A stretch of 64,000 nucleotides of DNA, taken from contig CAYJSI010000004.1 in assembly GCA_964373045.1 (NCBI GenBank), forward strand, positions 194-64,193. Direction: 5' to 3'. The notes under the pieces were generated by a model. That model made no database searches and was not told the origin of the DNA. It worked only from the letters and a program-made list of their open reading frames with translations. The stretch comes from an uncultured bacterium. GTDB lineage: Bacteria; Omnitrophota; Omnitrophia; Omnitrophales; Aquincolibacteriaceae. The position numbers and the translations under genes are program-made. The number at the start of each line of letters is the position of its first letter. Positions within the stretch are counted from its first letter, which is position 1. Positions 19,276 through 28,463 of the stretch are shown here, piece by piece.

Positions 19276-20763
19276 GTGATCCGAAAAACCTCTCCTCAGG
19301 ATATTCAACCCTACCTTACGGATGCCTCTAACTTTCAAGGCGGTCATGCCGAGGGAGTTGCTTTTCCGGAGTCCGAGAAAGAAGTCGTTGAGTTTATAAA
19401 AGAGGCGCATGCACACGGAACCCCTGTAACTATTGCAGGGAATGGAACCGGTTTAACCGGCGCCCGCGTCCCGACAGGGGGCTGGGTGCTTGCCACGGAT
19501 CGCCTTTCAAAAATCAAGCGGATCGAAAAAGACCCGGTGCGAAGATCCTCTTACGCCGTTATCGAGCCGGGATGCCAGCTTAAAACCCTTCAAGACGCGC
19601 TTGGCTCGCTAGCTCTTTTTTATCCTCCGGACCCCACCTCCTTCAAATCTTTTTTGGGAGGCAATGTGGCCACGAACGCCTCGGGTCCGCGCTCCTTTCG
19701 CTATGGGCCGACGCGCGATTTCATTCGAAGATTGCGGATAGTACTGGCGGACGGATCCCTTCTTCATCTTGAGCGCGGAAAAATTTTTGCGAACGCCGTC
19801 GGTGAAATCGAAATCCCGGCCTCAGGTTCCAAAATTAAAATCAAGATCCCGAGTTATGCCATGCCTCCCATTAAACACACGGCGGGTTATTTTGCGAAAC
19901 CTAAGATGGATGCCATCGATCTTTTTATCGGGTCTGAGGGGACGCTGGGTATGGTGACAGAAATCGAAGTCGCCTTAGTGAATCCGCCCCGGGACTATTT
20001 TAGTTATGTCCTTTTTTTCGCAAGCGAGGAAGCTTCTTGGAATTTCGCGGAGGATGCGCGATTCGTGAGCCGCCGGCACCGGGGCGAGCGAAACGATGCC
20101 GCAATCCAAGCCCGCGCCTTGGAATATCTAGATGGCCCTTCTCTTGATTTCATCCGCGCAAAATATCCTACGGTGCCCCGTGAGGCCCGCGCCGCTATTT
20201 ATTTAGAGCAAGAGTGCCAGCCGGAAACGAAAGATTTATTGATCGATCGATGGGGCGCTCTCTTTGAAAAACATAAGGCGCTTGTGGAAGATGTGTGGCT
20301 GGGTGAAAGTGAGGAGGAACATGAAAAATTCAGAGCCTTCCGCCACGAAGTGCCGCTTGAAGTGAAGGCCTTCCTCGCCCAACACGGACAAAGCAAAGTC
20401 GGAACCGATATGGCGGTGCCTGAGAAGGCCTTTAAAGATTTAATGCTCTTTCAAAGAAAGCGACTGAATGACCTTGGGATTCGGAATATCACCTTTGGCC
20501 ACATCGGAGATTGCCATGTTCACCTCAATATTCTCGCGCAAAACGGGGAAGAGCATGCCCGGGCCTGGGGCCTCTACCATGAATTGATTCAAAAGGCCCT
20601 TCAGTTGGGGGGCACCATCGCCGCCGAGCATGGTGTCGGCAAGCTGAAAAAATGTTATCTTGTCGAAATGTTTGGCCAGAAGGGAATCGAAGAGATGGCG
20701 GCTGTCAAAAAAGCGTTTGACCCTAAGATAATCTTGGGGCGGGGGAATATATTGGATATGTAG
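19276..20763 (+). CDS. FAD-linked oxidase (GlcD/D-lactate dehydrogenase family)
   Basis: FAD_binding_4 motif VTIAGNGTGLTG. Confidence 0.8.
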   Translation: MIRKTSPQDIQPYLTDASNFQGGHAEGVAFPESEKEVVEFIKEAHAHGTPVTIAGNGTGLTGARVPTGGWVLATDRLSKIKRIEKDPVRRSSYAVIEPGCQLKTLQDALGSLALFYPPDPTSFKSFLGGNVATNASGPRSFRYGPTRDFIRRLRIVLADGSLLHLERGKIFANAVGEIEIPASGSKIKIKIPSYAMPPIKHTAGYFAKPKMDAIDLFIGSEGTLGMVTEIEVALVNPPRDYFSYVLFFASEEASWNFAEDARFVSRRHRGERNDAAIQARALEYLDGPSLDFIRAKYPTVPREARAAIYLEQECQPETKDLLIDRWGALFEKHKALVEDVWLGESEEEHEKFRAFRHEVPLEVKAFLAQHGQSKVGTDMAVPEKAFKDLMLFQRKRLNDLGIRNITFGHIGDCHVHLNILAQNGEEHARAWGLYHELIQKALQLGGTIAAEHGVGKLKKCYLVEMFGQKGIEEMAAVKKAFDPKIILGRGNILDM

Positions 20764-20822
20764 GGGCCGACCCATGTGTCGGCCCTGTGGTCCACGGGCG
20801 GACACGCGGGTCCGCCCCCTAC
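20760..20822. repeat. GTAGGGGC-family palindromic element
   Basis: GTAGGGGCCGACCCATGTGTCGGCCC ... GGGCGGACACGCGGGTCCGCCCCCTAC. Confidence 0.75.
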
Positions 20823-20860
20823 TTGCCAAAACTGTACTCTTTCGGTTATTATAACGTTCA

Positions 20861-21871
20861 ATGATTATCGGACTTACGGGAAAAAATGGGTCGGGGAAAG
20901 GGGAGGTTGCCAAGTACCTCCAGGAGCGAGGGTTCCGCTATTATTCCCTCTCGGATGTGCTTCGCGACGAAGCGAACAGGGAGGGGAAGGGCGTCACGCG
21001 TGATGTCTTAGTCGAGCTCGGCAATCGCCTTCGTGGGGAGCAGGGTCCCGGAGTCCTTGCCGAAAAGATCTTTGCCCGCCTGGATCCCGAAAAGTACTAC
21101 GTGGTTGATTCCATCCGCCACCCCTCCGAAGTCCAGGTCTTTCGCCGGCGAAGTGATTTTATCCTTGCCACGGTTCGAGCCCCCGAGAAGCTCCGCTTTG
21201 AGCGTTTGCGCCAGCGCGCCCGTGAAAATGATCCGAAGAGCTTCGATGATTTTAAGCAGCTTGAACAGAAAGAGGCAAAGAGCCAGCAATCAAGCGATCA
21301 GCAGCTCGACCAGGCCATTTCCATGGCCGATGTGGTGCTTGACAATACAAGCTCTCTTAAGATGCTTCACGATAAGGTGCGCGAGGTCTTACTTGAGTTT
21401 TCCAAAAAGCAGACGCGCCCTGATTGGGACGATTATTTCCTCGGCATTGCAAAAGTGGTGGCGCTTCGCTCGAATTGCATTAAGCGTAAGGTGGCGGCTG
21501 TGATCGTCAAAGATAAGCGCATTATTGCGACCGGTTACAACGGCACACCGCGCGGAGTTAAAAATTGCAGCGAAGGCGGATGTCCGCGCTGCAACCATAT
21601 CGATCCCTCGGGAAAAGGGTTGGATGAATGCGTCTGTTCGCACGCCGAGGAAAACGCCATTGTGCAGTCGGCCTACCACGGCGTCTCCATTAAAGATTCT
21701 GTGATTTATACAACTTTTTCTCCATGCCTGATGTGCACGAAGATGATCATTAACGCCGGCATCCGTGAAGTGGTTTACAATATCGATTACCCTTTAAGCG
21801 CTGTTTCGATCCAGCTTTTGAAAGAGGCCGGAATCACGGCGAAAAAATTGAGCCTCGGCGCCGCGGCTTAA
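20861..21871 (+). CDS. fusion protein: N-terminal P-loop nucleotide kinase domain plus C-terminal dCMP/cytidine deaminase domain
   Basis: Walker A motif GLTGKNGSGKG. Deaminase zinc motifs HAEENAI and PCLMCTKMI. Confidence 0.8.
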   Translation: MIIGLTGKNGSGKGEVAKYLQERGFRYYSLSDVLRDEANREGKGVTRDVLVELGNRLRGEQGPGVLAEKIFARLDPEKYYVVDSIRHPSEVQVFRRRSDFILATVRAPEKLRFERLRQRARENDPKSFDDFKQLEQKEAKSQQSSDQQLDQAISMADVVLDNTSSLKMLHDKVREVLLEFSKKQTRPDWDDYFLGIAKVVALRSNCIKRKVAAVIVKDKRIIATGYNGTPRGVKNCSEGGCPRCNHIDPSGKGLDECVCSHAEENAIVQSAYHGVSIKDSVIYTTFSPCLMCTKMIINAGIREVVYNIDYPLSAVSIQLLKEAGITAKKLSLGAAA

Positions 21872-21884
21872 AGGTCAAAATCTC

Positions 21885-23126
21885 ATGAGCCAAAAGTCCC
21901 CCATCATTCGAAAAAGCTTTGGCCTTAAAGAAGAGATCCGTCCGCAGCTCAAAGCCAGCTATCACAGCAACTTAATCGATCAGATTAAAACGAACGGATT
22001 TCAAATGAAATCCGGCCGCTTGACGCTCAAGCTCGCTGAGGAGTTTGGTTTTTGCTACGGAGTCGACCGGGCCATCGACTATGCCTATGAGACCCGTGCC
22101 CAATTTCCGGGCAAGCGAATTTTTATCACCAATGAAATCATCCACAATCCCCGCGTGAACGCCAAGCTTCAGGAAATGGGGATCCAGTTTCTCTCGGGCC
22201 CCTACGCTTGCGGGATTACCGCGGACGACATCCGCGAGGATGACGTCGTGATTTTCCCCGCCTTTGGAACCACGCTAAAAGAGCTCGATCAGCTTCAAAA
22301 ACGAGGCTGCGTGCTTGTGGACACGACCTGTGGCTCGGTGATGAGTGTGTGGAAGCGGGTCGAGTCTTACAGCCGTGATGCCTTTACCTCCGTCATTCAC
22401 GGCAAGTATGATCACGAAGAGACCATGGCCACAAGCTCTCGGGCCACCCAGTATCCCGGCGGTAAATATCTTATTGTGCGTGACAAAGTCCAGGCACAAA
22501 CCGTTTGTGATTATATTGAGGACCGGGGTGAGCGCGAAGCCTTCTTAAAGGAATTTGCCTCGAGTCTATCCGCCGGTTTTGATCCTGATCAGGATCTTGC
22601 GCATCTCGGCTGCGCGAATCAAACGACCATGCTTTCGAGCGAATCCTTGGAGATTGCCAGTATGCTTCAGGAATCCATGCGCAAGCGTTTTGGCGCCGAG
22701 GAGCTCCCCAAGCGATTCCGTCATTTTGATACGATTTGTTCGGCGACTCAGGAGCGCCAGGACGCTGTTTTTAAGCTCGTTCGCGCCGGTGTGGACCTCA
22801 TGATTGTGGTGGGCGGTTACAATTCGAGCAATACGGGGCACCTGGTGGAAATATCCCTCGATTTTTGTCCCGCCTTTCACGTGAAGGATGCCGAGTGCAT
22901 TATTTCGAGGAATCTCATTCAGCACAAAAAAGTTTTCAGCTCGGAGATTATCGAAACTGCAAACTGGCTTCCCGCGGGAGAGATGAGAATCGGTGTGACA
23001 GCCGGGGCCTCGACTCCGAATCGTGTGATTGAAGAAGTGATCGAACGAATCATTGCCGTAGGGGCCGACCCGCGTGTCGGCCCGTCAATCACAGGGCGGA
23101 CACATGGGTCCGCCCCTACGTTATGA
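21885..23126 (+). CDS. ispH: 4-hydroxy-3-methylbut-2-enyl diphosphate reductase IspH (long form); C-terminus runs into a palindromic repeat
   Basis: Conserved Cys residues are present, along with HNPRVN, the long insert, and TAGASTP near the end. The last ~22 aa are encoded by repeat 23058-23119. Confidence 0.85.
   Translation: MSQKSPIIRKSFGLKEEIRPQLKASYHSNLIDQIKTNGFQMKSGRLTLKLAEEFGFCYGVDRAIDYAYETRAQFPGKRIFITNEIIHNPRVNAKLQEMGIQFLSGPYACGITADDIREDDVVIFPAFGTTLKELDQLQKRGCVLVDTTCGSVMSVWKRVESYSRDAFTSVIHGKYDHEETMATSSRATQYPGGKYLIVRDKVQAQTVCDYIEDRGEREAFLKEFASSLSAGFDPDQDLAHLGCANQTTMLSSESLEIASMLQESMRKRFGAEELPKRFRHFDTICSATQERQDAVFKLVRAGVDLMIVVGGYNSSNTGHLVEISLDFCPAFHVKDAECIISRNLIQHKKVFSSEIIETANWLPAGEMRIGVTAGASTPNRVIEEVIERIIAVGADPRVGPSITGRTHGSAPTL
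23058..23119. repeat. GTAGGGGC-family palindromic element (forms the 3' end of the ispH ORF)
   Basis: GTAGGGGCCGACCCGCGTGTCGGCCC ... GGGCGGACACATGGGTCCGCCCCTAC. Confidence 0.75.
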
Positions 23127-23269
23127 GCGTTCAATTCCTCTGCTTGAACTGCGCCGCGCCGATGGCCGAACAGCAATGCAAGGTTCGTTGCCTTCGGTGC
23201 GGATATTTCGAAGATTGCTCAGACCTCGGCAATGATCAACCTAACATGGTGATACGGTAACGTTCCTGC

Positions 23270-23524
23270 ATGCCCCAAAACGTAACCCTCTACACAACCC
23301 GAACCTGCCCCCATTGCCGCCGCGCCAAACGGCTCCTCCAGTCCAAAAAGGCGGCTTTTCAGGAAATTGACCTGACGGACGATTCTGGAAAAAGGGAAAA
23401 GCTTGAAAAGCAAACCGGCTGGATGACCGTCCCCGTGATTTTTATCGGGGAGGAATTTATCGGGGGGGCGGATGATCTTTTTAAGCTTGAAGAGTCGGGA
23501 AAACTCGACGCAAAACTTGCTTGA
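23270..23524 (+). CDS. grxC: glutaredoxin
   Basis: CPHC active site, TVPVIFIG and GGxDD. Confidence 0.88.
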   Translation: MPQNVTLYTTRTCPHCRRAKRLLQSKKAAFQEIDLTDDSGKREKLEKQTGWMTVPVIFIGEEFIGGADDLFKLEESGKLDAKLA

Positions 23525-23528
23525 AAAG

Positions 23529-24752
23529 CTAAGGGTGCCTGGCACCTTTGGCTTTGGCGCCAGGCGCCTTTTGACTTAATAGCAGCACGATCGATCCCGC
23601 GGCTGCAGGAAAAACGAGTACCCGAAGGGCCGTAGGAAATCCCGCCTGATCGGCTACCACTGAAAAGATAAGGCTTCCCACCACGGAAACTTTGGTCGTA
23701 AGCCCGTAAAGCCCGAAGTATTCCCCCAGCCGGTCCGGCTCAACTAATTCGACGAGTGCTTTTCTTCCTGCCGTCCAAATGCCGGCAATGGCAAACGCCC
23801 CTGCGCTCAAGGTGATGGCCACAAATCCAGCGAAACTCGAAACCAAGGAAAGAGAGCCCAGCGTTAGGACCAAGAGAAATCCCGACAGAGTCAAAGTTTT
23901 TATCGCGCCCCACCGATCGGTGATCACGCCTGCGAGAAGACCGGCAAGAAAGGCAGCCGCATTTAAGGCGATCAGAAAACCGATCAAGAGATTCTGACCA
24001 GGGTGAAAAACCTCCCGCGCATAAACGGAGATCCAAAAAATAGCGCTATTTAAAGCGTCCACCACGAAAAAATTCCCCCCCAGAAAAAGAAGCAGCCTCG
24101 GCCGTTCGGAAAGTGAATAAATTGTTTTTGTTAATTTCTTCCATTCCCCTCGCCATGAAATTCGCTCAGGCACCCGCGGTCTGGAAAGAGGTCGTTCCGG
24201 CACCCAAAAAAAGAGGGGAAGGGAAAAAATAAAAAAAAGCAGGGCTCCCCCCAGAAAAACTTGCGATCTTCCAAAGGTCTGATCAACGGTATGGGCAATG
24301 GGAAGCGCGAAGACAACCCCAAGATAGCCGAGTCCTGTCCCCAGCCCCGAGGCGAATCCCTGCTTTTCGGGAGGCGCAACGACCACGAGAAGTGAATTAT
24401 AAAACACAAGCGAGGCGTGGTAGAAAAAACACGCCACAATAAAAATCATGATCAAAATTAAAGGCATGCGTGAAGCGGAGAGGAGGGCCATAAAACCGAT
24501 GCAAATAAGAGTGGATCGCAGGAGGTATTTTTTTGTTTTCCCGGTTTGATCGCTCAAGGCGCCGAAAAAGGGTATGGCAAGCCCCGCCAGGATCATGGCC
24601 GAGGTCGTGGCCGCACCCAGATACCAGTTGGCCCCTGTGAGCTCGGTTAAGTAAAGGGGGAAGTAGGCCGTTAGCACGACGGCAGAAAAAATGGTATTGG
24701 CAAAATCGTAAAGGGCCCAACTGGTGAGGGATAAGCGGGTGGGAGTTGTCAC
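23529..24752 (-). CDS. MFS transporter
   Basis: A 12-TM hydropathy profile is inferred from the sequence. Confidence 0.75.
   Translation of the reverse strand: MTTPTRLSLTSWALYDFANTIFSAVVLTAYFPLYLTELTGANWYLGAATTSAMILAGLAIPFFGALSDQTGKTKKYLLRSTLICIGFMALLSASRMPLILIMIFIVACFFYHASLVFYNSLLVVVAPPEKQGFASGLGTGLGYLGVVFALPIAHTVDQTFGRSQVFLGGALLFFIFSLPLFFWVPERPLSRPRVPERISWRGEWKKLTKTIYSLSERPRLLLFLGGNFFVVDALNSAIFWISVYAREVFHPGQNLLIGFLIALNAAAFLAGLLAGVITDRWGAIKTLTLSGFLLVLTLGSLSLVSSFAGFVAITLSAGAFAIAGIWTAGRKALVELVEPDRLGEYFGLYGLTTKVSVVGSLIFSVVADQAGFPTALRVLVFPAAAGSIVLLLSQKAPGAKAKGARHP
23533..23568. repeat. GGTGCCWGGCACC-family palindromes between convergent grx and the MFS gene (bidirectional terminator-like)
   Basis: GGGTGCCTGGCACC ... 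GGCGCCAGGCGCC. Confidence 0.7.
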
Positions 24753-24901
24753 GAGCGATACTTTCTAAAGGGAGGCATGAAAGTTTTTGCTAGGAATCGT
24801 GAATTGCAATTGTGTAGGAGGGTGCTATGCTTTAATTCAGAAGGCAAGAGTAACAATAGCAAAAAATCAACCATTTCTACCGTTGAGGGTTTGAGAGATA
24901 C

Positions 24902-25336
24902 GTGATGAATACGAATCCCAAAAAATTATATGCGAATCTGTGCGAAAAAGAAAAGGGTTTCACTTTGGTCGAAACGCTCGTCACGATTCTTGTGGTGGCG
25001 ACCGCGCTTCTGTCTTCGCTCATTGCGAGCACGGCGATTCAGAGAACGGCAGAAAGTATTCATGACCGCGCCGTGGCCATTCAAGATGCCAATCAAGTCG
25101 TGGAGCAAATGAGAAACACGGCCTTGACGGGAACATTTCCGGGTAATGTGACGGCGGCGTTTCCGGATGGGGCAGAGGTGGCCGGGTTTGACGATCTGAC
25201 CTATGAGGTGGTGACGGTTGATTTTGTGGACTCGAATGCCAATCCACTCGATGTGACAGTCACTGTTGCGTGGACCGACAACACGAATCGGGCCGTCACG
25301 CAGACACTCAGAACTCTCGTGACTCAAAGGACCTAA
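24902..25336 (+). CDS. type IV pilin-like minor pilin / pseudopilin (prepilin N-methylation motif)
   Basis: KGFTLVETLVTILVVA: G|FTLVE cleavage site with Glu+5. Confidence 0.8.
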   Translation: MMNTNPKKLYANLCEKEKGFTLVETLVTILVVATALLSSLIASTAIQRTAESIHDRAVAIQDANQVVEQMRNTALTGTFPGNVTAAFPDGAEVAGFDDLTYEVVTVDFVDSNANPLDVTVTVAWTDNTNRAVTQTLRTLVTQRT

Positions 25337-25337
25337 C

Positions 25338-25940
25338 ATGCAAAGAAACGAGCAAGGGTTTACCCTTCTTGAAGTGGTGGTGGCCGTGGCCATATCGTCT
25401 GTGATCTCTTACGCCCTTTTTCTTGCGCTTCGCATGGGGGATGAACAGATCCGAACCACGGACCTGAAAATGACGATTCAGGATTCCATGCGCGAGGGTC
25501 TTTACAAAATGATTCAGGAGATCCGCCAGTCGGCGCCCGGCAAAGTGAATATTGATTCCTCCGGCAACAGCATCTCCTTTTCTATACCGGACCCGAACAA
25601 TGCAGTCGGAGACGATTACAGCGCGAACTGGGACGATGCCATCCAAGTCTCTTATGCCTTAGGAGGAGACGACGGCAATCAAATCATGCGAACGGTGTCC
25701 AATGACGTAACCACGAAGGTGATGGCCAATGATGTGACGGGCGTAACGTTCGCGGGCAATGCCGGCAATCCGACGCTCGTGACCCTTACCATGAATGTTC
25801 AGCGGACGCTAACCAACGGGCGGCTTGTTCCGAGTACGCCCCTGCAGATGACGGGGCAGGCCGAGGTTCGAAATGTCTCCAATGTTGACGATTGCACTGA
25901 TGATGACAACGATAACGTTTGTGACGAGAATGAAACCTAA
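25338..25940 (+). CDS. type IV minor pilin (PilW/PilV-like)
   Basis: QGFTLLEVVVAVAISS is a class III signal. Confidence 0.8.
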   Translation: MQRNEQGFTLLEVVVAVAISSVISYALFLALRMGDEQIRTTDLKMTIQDSMREGLYKMIQEIRQSAPGKVNIDSSGNSISFSIPDPNNAVGDDYSANWDDAIQVSYALGGDDGNQIMRTVSNDVTTKVMANDVTGVTFAGNAGNPTLVTLTMNVQRTLTNGRLVPSTPLQMTGQAEVRNVSNVDDCTDDDNDNVCDENET

Positions 25941-25953
25941 GGGGGAGAAAAGA

Positions 25954-27156
25954 ATGATTCCATCAAAAGAGATGAAAGGTGTTTTAGGGAACCGGAAAGG
26001 ATTCATTTTACTTACGAGCTATCTCTTAATTTCGATGCTCTCCATTTTTTCTCTCGGGCTTTTTGCCAGGAGCGCGGCCTTTATTCAATCGGTCGAGCGA
26101 AATAAAAATAAGATCATCGCCTTCCAAAAAGCCGAGGCGGGGCTCGATCAAGCGATCGTAGAACTCACAGACGACCAAAACTATTCAGGGATGGCTTACA
26201 TCCCGCTGGGAGACGAGGGAGGCTACAGCGTTACGGTTTGTCCGCCGACCTGCGGGGGTGATCTCACCGAGCCGACGGATGCCAATGTACGTATGATTCA
26301 AACCACGGGTTTTGCTCCTGACAATGACCCAACCTCCACGGCCTATAGCAGCCGTTCCGTGATTTCTCATGTCAATGTAGCAGGCTCCTCGGGTTTCGAT
26401 TTTGCTATCTTTGCCGGAGATGATATCTCCATGAGCGGGAACGCAGTGGTTGATAGTTACAACTCTGACGAGGGTGCTTACAATGCAGCCACGGCGTACG
26501 ATAACGGAAATATCGGAACGGATAGCACAACGGCTGATACTGTGTCGTTATCAGGGAATGTCGCAGTGAATGGGGATGTGACCGTGGGCCCGAATGGAAA
26601 CCCCAGCAGCGTTGTCACGACCACTGGCAATGCTGTCATCTCCGGAACGGGGTCATCCGCGACCCAAGCTAAAAACTACCAGCTGATCGGAAGCAGCGAT
26701 ACCTCCCTTGGCGCCCTTAGTTTAAGCGGGAATACGAATTATGTCTTGCCCACAGGAAGCTACCGCTACAGCTCCTTAAAAATTAGCGGAAACGCTAAAC
26801 TGACGACCACCGGGGCGGTCAAGATTTATGTGGATGGCACCATCAGCATTTCGGGAAATGGTGTTTCTACGGCCAGCAACAAGCCGTCTAATTTCCTGCT
26901 CTATTCCACGGCCGGTGCGAGTGTCAGCTTATCAGGCAACGGAAATTTTTATGGGGCTGTTTACGCGCCCGAGTCTGATGTGAGCATCTCCGGAAACGGG
27001 CAGACTTACGGTGCGGTGGTTTCCGAAACCTATTCGCAAACCGGAAACGGTAAAGTCCATTTTGATGAATCTTTGAACGATTTAGAAGGCGCCACAGACA
27101 GCAATAGCACGCCCAATCTGCTTGCCTGGCGGGAGACGAATACGGCGGCTGCTTAG
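25954..27156 (+). CDS. PilX-like minor pilin with a Gly/Asn/Ser-rich beta-solenoid-like C-terminal domain (paralog A)
   Basis: PilX_N-like signature KGFILLTSYLL ... RNKNKIIAFQKAEAGLDQAI. The repeats are SGNxxxxGAVYAP. RBS GGGGGAG. Confidence 0.7.
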   Translation: MIPSKEMKGVLGNRKGFILLTSYLLISMLSIFSLGLFARSAAFIQSVERNKNKIIAFQKAEAGLDQAIVELTDDQNYSGMAYIPLGDEGGYSVTVCPPTCGGDLTEPTDANVRMIQTTGFAPDNDPTSTAYSSRSVISHVNVAGSSGFDFAIFAGDDISMSGNAVVDSYNSDEGAYNAATAYDNGNIGTDSTTADTVSLSGNVAVNGDVTVGPNGNPSSVVTTTGNAVISGTGSSATQAKNYQLIGSSDTSLGALSLSGNTNYVLPTGSYRYSSLKISGNAKLTTTGAVKIYVDGTISISGNGVSTASNKPSNFLLYSTAGASVSLSGNGNFYGAVYAPESDVSISGNGQTYGAVVSETYSQTGNGKVHFDESLNDLEGATDSNSTPNLLAWRETNTAAA

Positions 27157-27174
27157 GGGGAGCGGGAGGGTGAA

Positions 27175-28374
27175 GTGATGAACGACATGACAGGAAAAAA
27201 GATAACCCGCGCGGGCCAGAAGGGATTTATCCTGCTCACAAGTTATCTTTTAATCTCCATGATTTCCATTTTTTCTCTCGGGCTTTTTGCCAGGAGCGCG
27301 GCCTTTATTCAATCGGTCGAGCGAAATAAAAATAAGATCATCGCCTTCCAAAAAGCCGAGGCGGGGCTCGATCAAGCGATCGTAGAACTCACAGACGACC
27401 AAAACTATTCAGGGATGGCTTACATCCCGCTGGGAGACGAGGGAGGCTACAGCGTTACGGTTTGTCCGCCGACCTGCGGGGGTGATCTCACCGAGCCGAC
27501 GGATGCCAATGTACGTATGATTCAAACCACGGGTTTTGCTCCTGACAATGACCCAACCTCCACGGCCTATAGCAGCCGTTCCGTGATTTCTCATGTGAAT
27601 ATCGCCGGTTCTTCGGGTTTTGACTTTGCTGTTTTTGCCGGAGACAGCGTTACCTTGAACGGGACCACCTCTATCGATAGTTACAATTCCAACGACGGGC
27701 CTTACGGCGCAAACACGGCCTCAGCGAATGGCGATGTTGGAACGGATAGCGTGACCACTTCCACCGTGAGCTTGAACGGAAGTTCGACCATCAATGGCGA
27801 TGTGACGGTGGGCCCCAGCGGCAATCCAACGGATGTCATCTCCGCTTCGAGCCAATCGCTCATTACGGGCTCTCAAACGTCGGCATCCACCGAAAAAAAT
27901 TATCAGGTGATGACAAGCAGCAGCACTTCGCTTGGATCCCTTTCGGTTTCAGGGAGCACGAAGCTTACTTTGGCGGCCGGAACCTACCGCTACAGCTCGC
28001 TTAAGATTACGGGAAACGCTAAAATAACAACAACGGGTGCGGTCAAAATTTATGTCGACGGCACGGTGAATATCGGCGGAGGAGGCATTGTGAATGCGAC
28101 CGCGACACCAAGCAACCTGCTTGTTTACGCAACGACGAGCGCCAGCGTCAGCGTTTCCGGGAACAGCGATTTTTACGGGGCCGTTTACGCCCCCGCCTCG
28201 GCCGTAAGCGTTTCCGGGGCCTCTGATTTCTACGGGGCCGTGGTGGCAGACTCCTTTACTCAAAGCGGTGAATTCCATTACGATGAGGCCTTAAACGATT
28301 TAGAAGGCGCCACAGACAGCAATAGCACGCCCAATCTGCTTGCCTGGCGGGAGACGAATACCTCGGCCGCGTAA
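27175..28374 (+). CDS. PilX-like minor pilin (paralog B)
   Basis: Same architecture as paralog A. 332 nt at the 5' end and 68 nt at the 3' end are identical to paralog A. Confidence 0.7.
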   Translation: MMNDMTGKKITRAGQKGFILLTSYLLISMISIFSLGLFARSAAFIQSVERNKNKIIAFQKAEAGLDQAIVELTDDQNYSGMAYIPLGDEGGYSVTVCPPTCGGDLTEPTDANVRMIQTTGFAPDNDPTSTAYSSRSVISHVNIAGSSGFDFAVFAGDSVTLNGTTSIDSYNSNDGPYGANTASANGDVGTDSVTTSTVSLNGSSTINGDVTVGPSGNPTDVISASSQSLITGSQTSASTEKNYQVMTSSSTSLGSLSVSGSTKLTLAAGTYRYSSLKITGNAKITTTGAVKIYVDGTVNIGGGGIVNATATPSNLLVYATTSASVSVSGNSDFYGAVYAPASAVSVSGASDFYGAVVADSFTQSGEFHYDEALNDLEGATDSNSTPNLLAWRETNTSAA

Positions 28375-28463
28375 CTGTTTTCATTCCCTCGGGGGCCATC
28401 GGACCTAGGCCCTTGGCTCCCGAGGCTTCACCCCCCTTGACCCTCCCCGAGTAAGTCGATATC

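Noticed and set aside
26185-27594. Two identical 61-aa minus-strand ORFs (26185-26370 and 27409-27594)
   Set aside because: They are an artefact of the 332-nt identical block shared by the two PilX-like paralogs. They are antisense to real genes.
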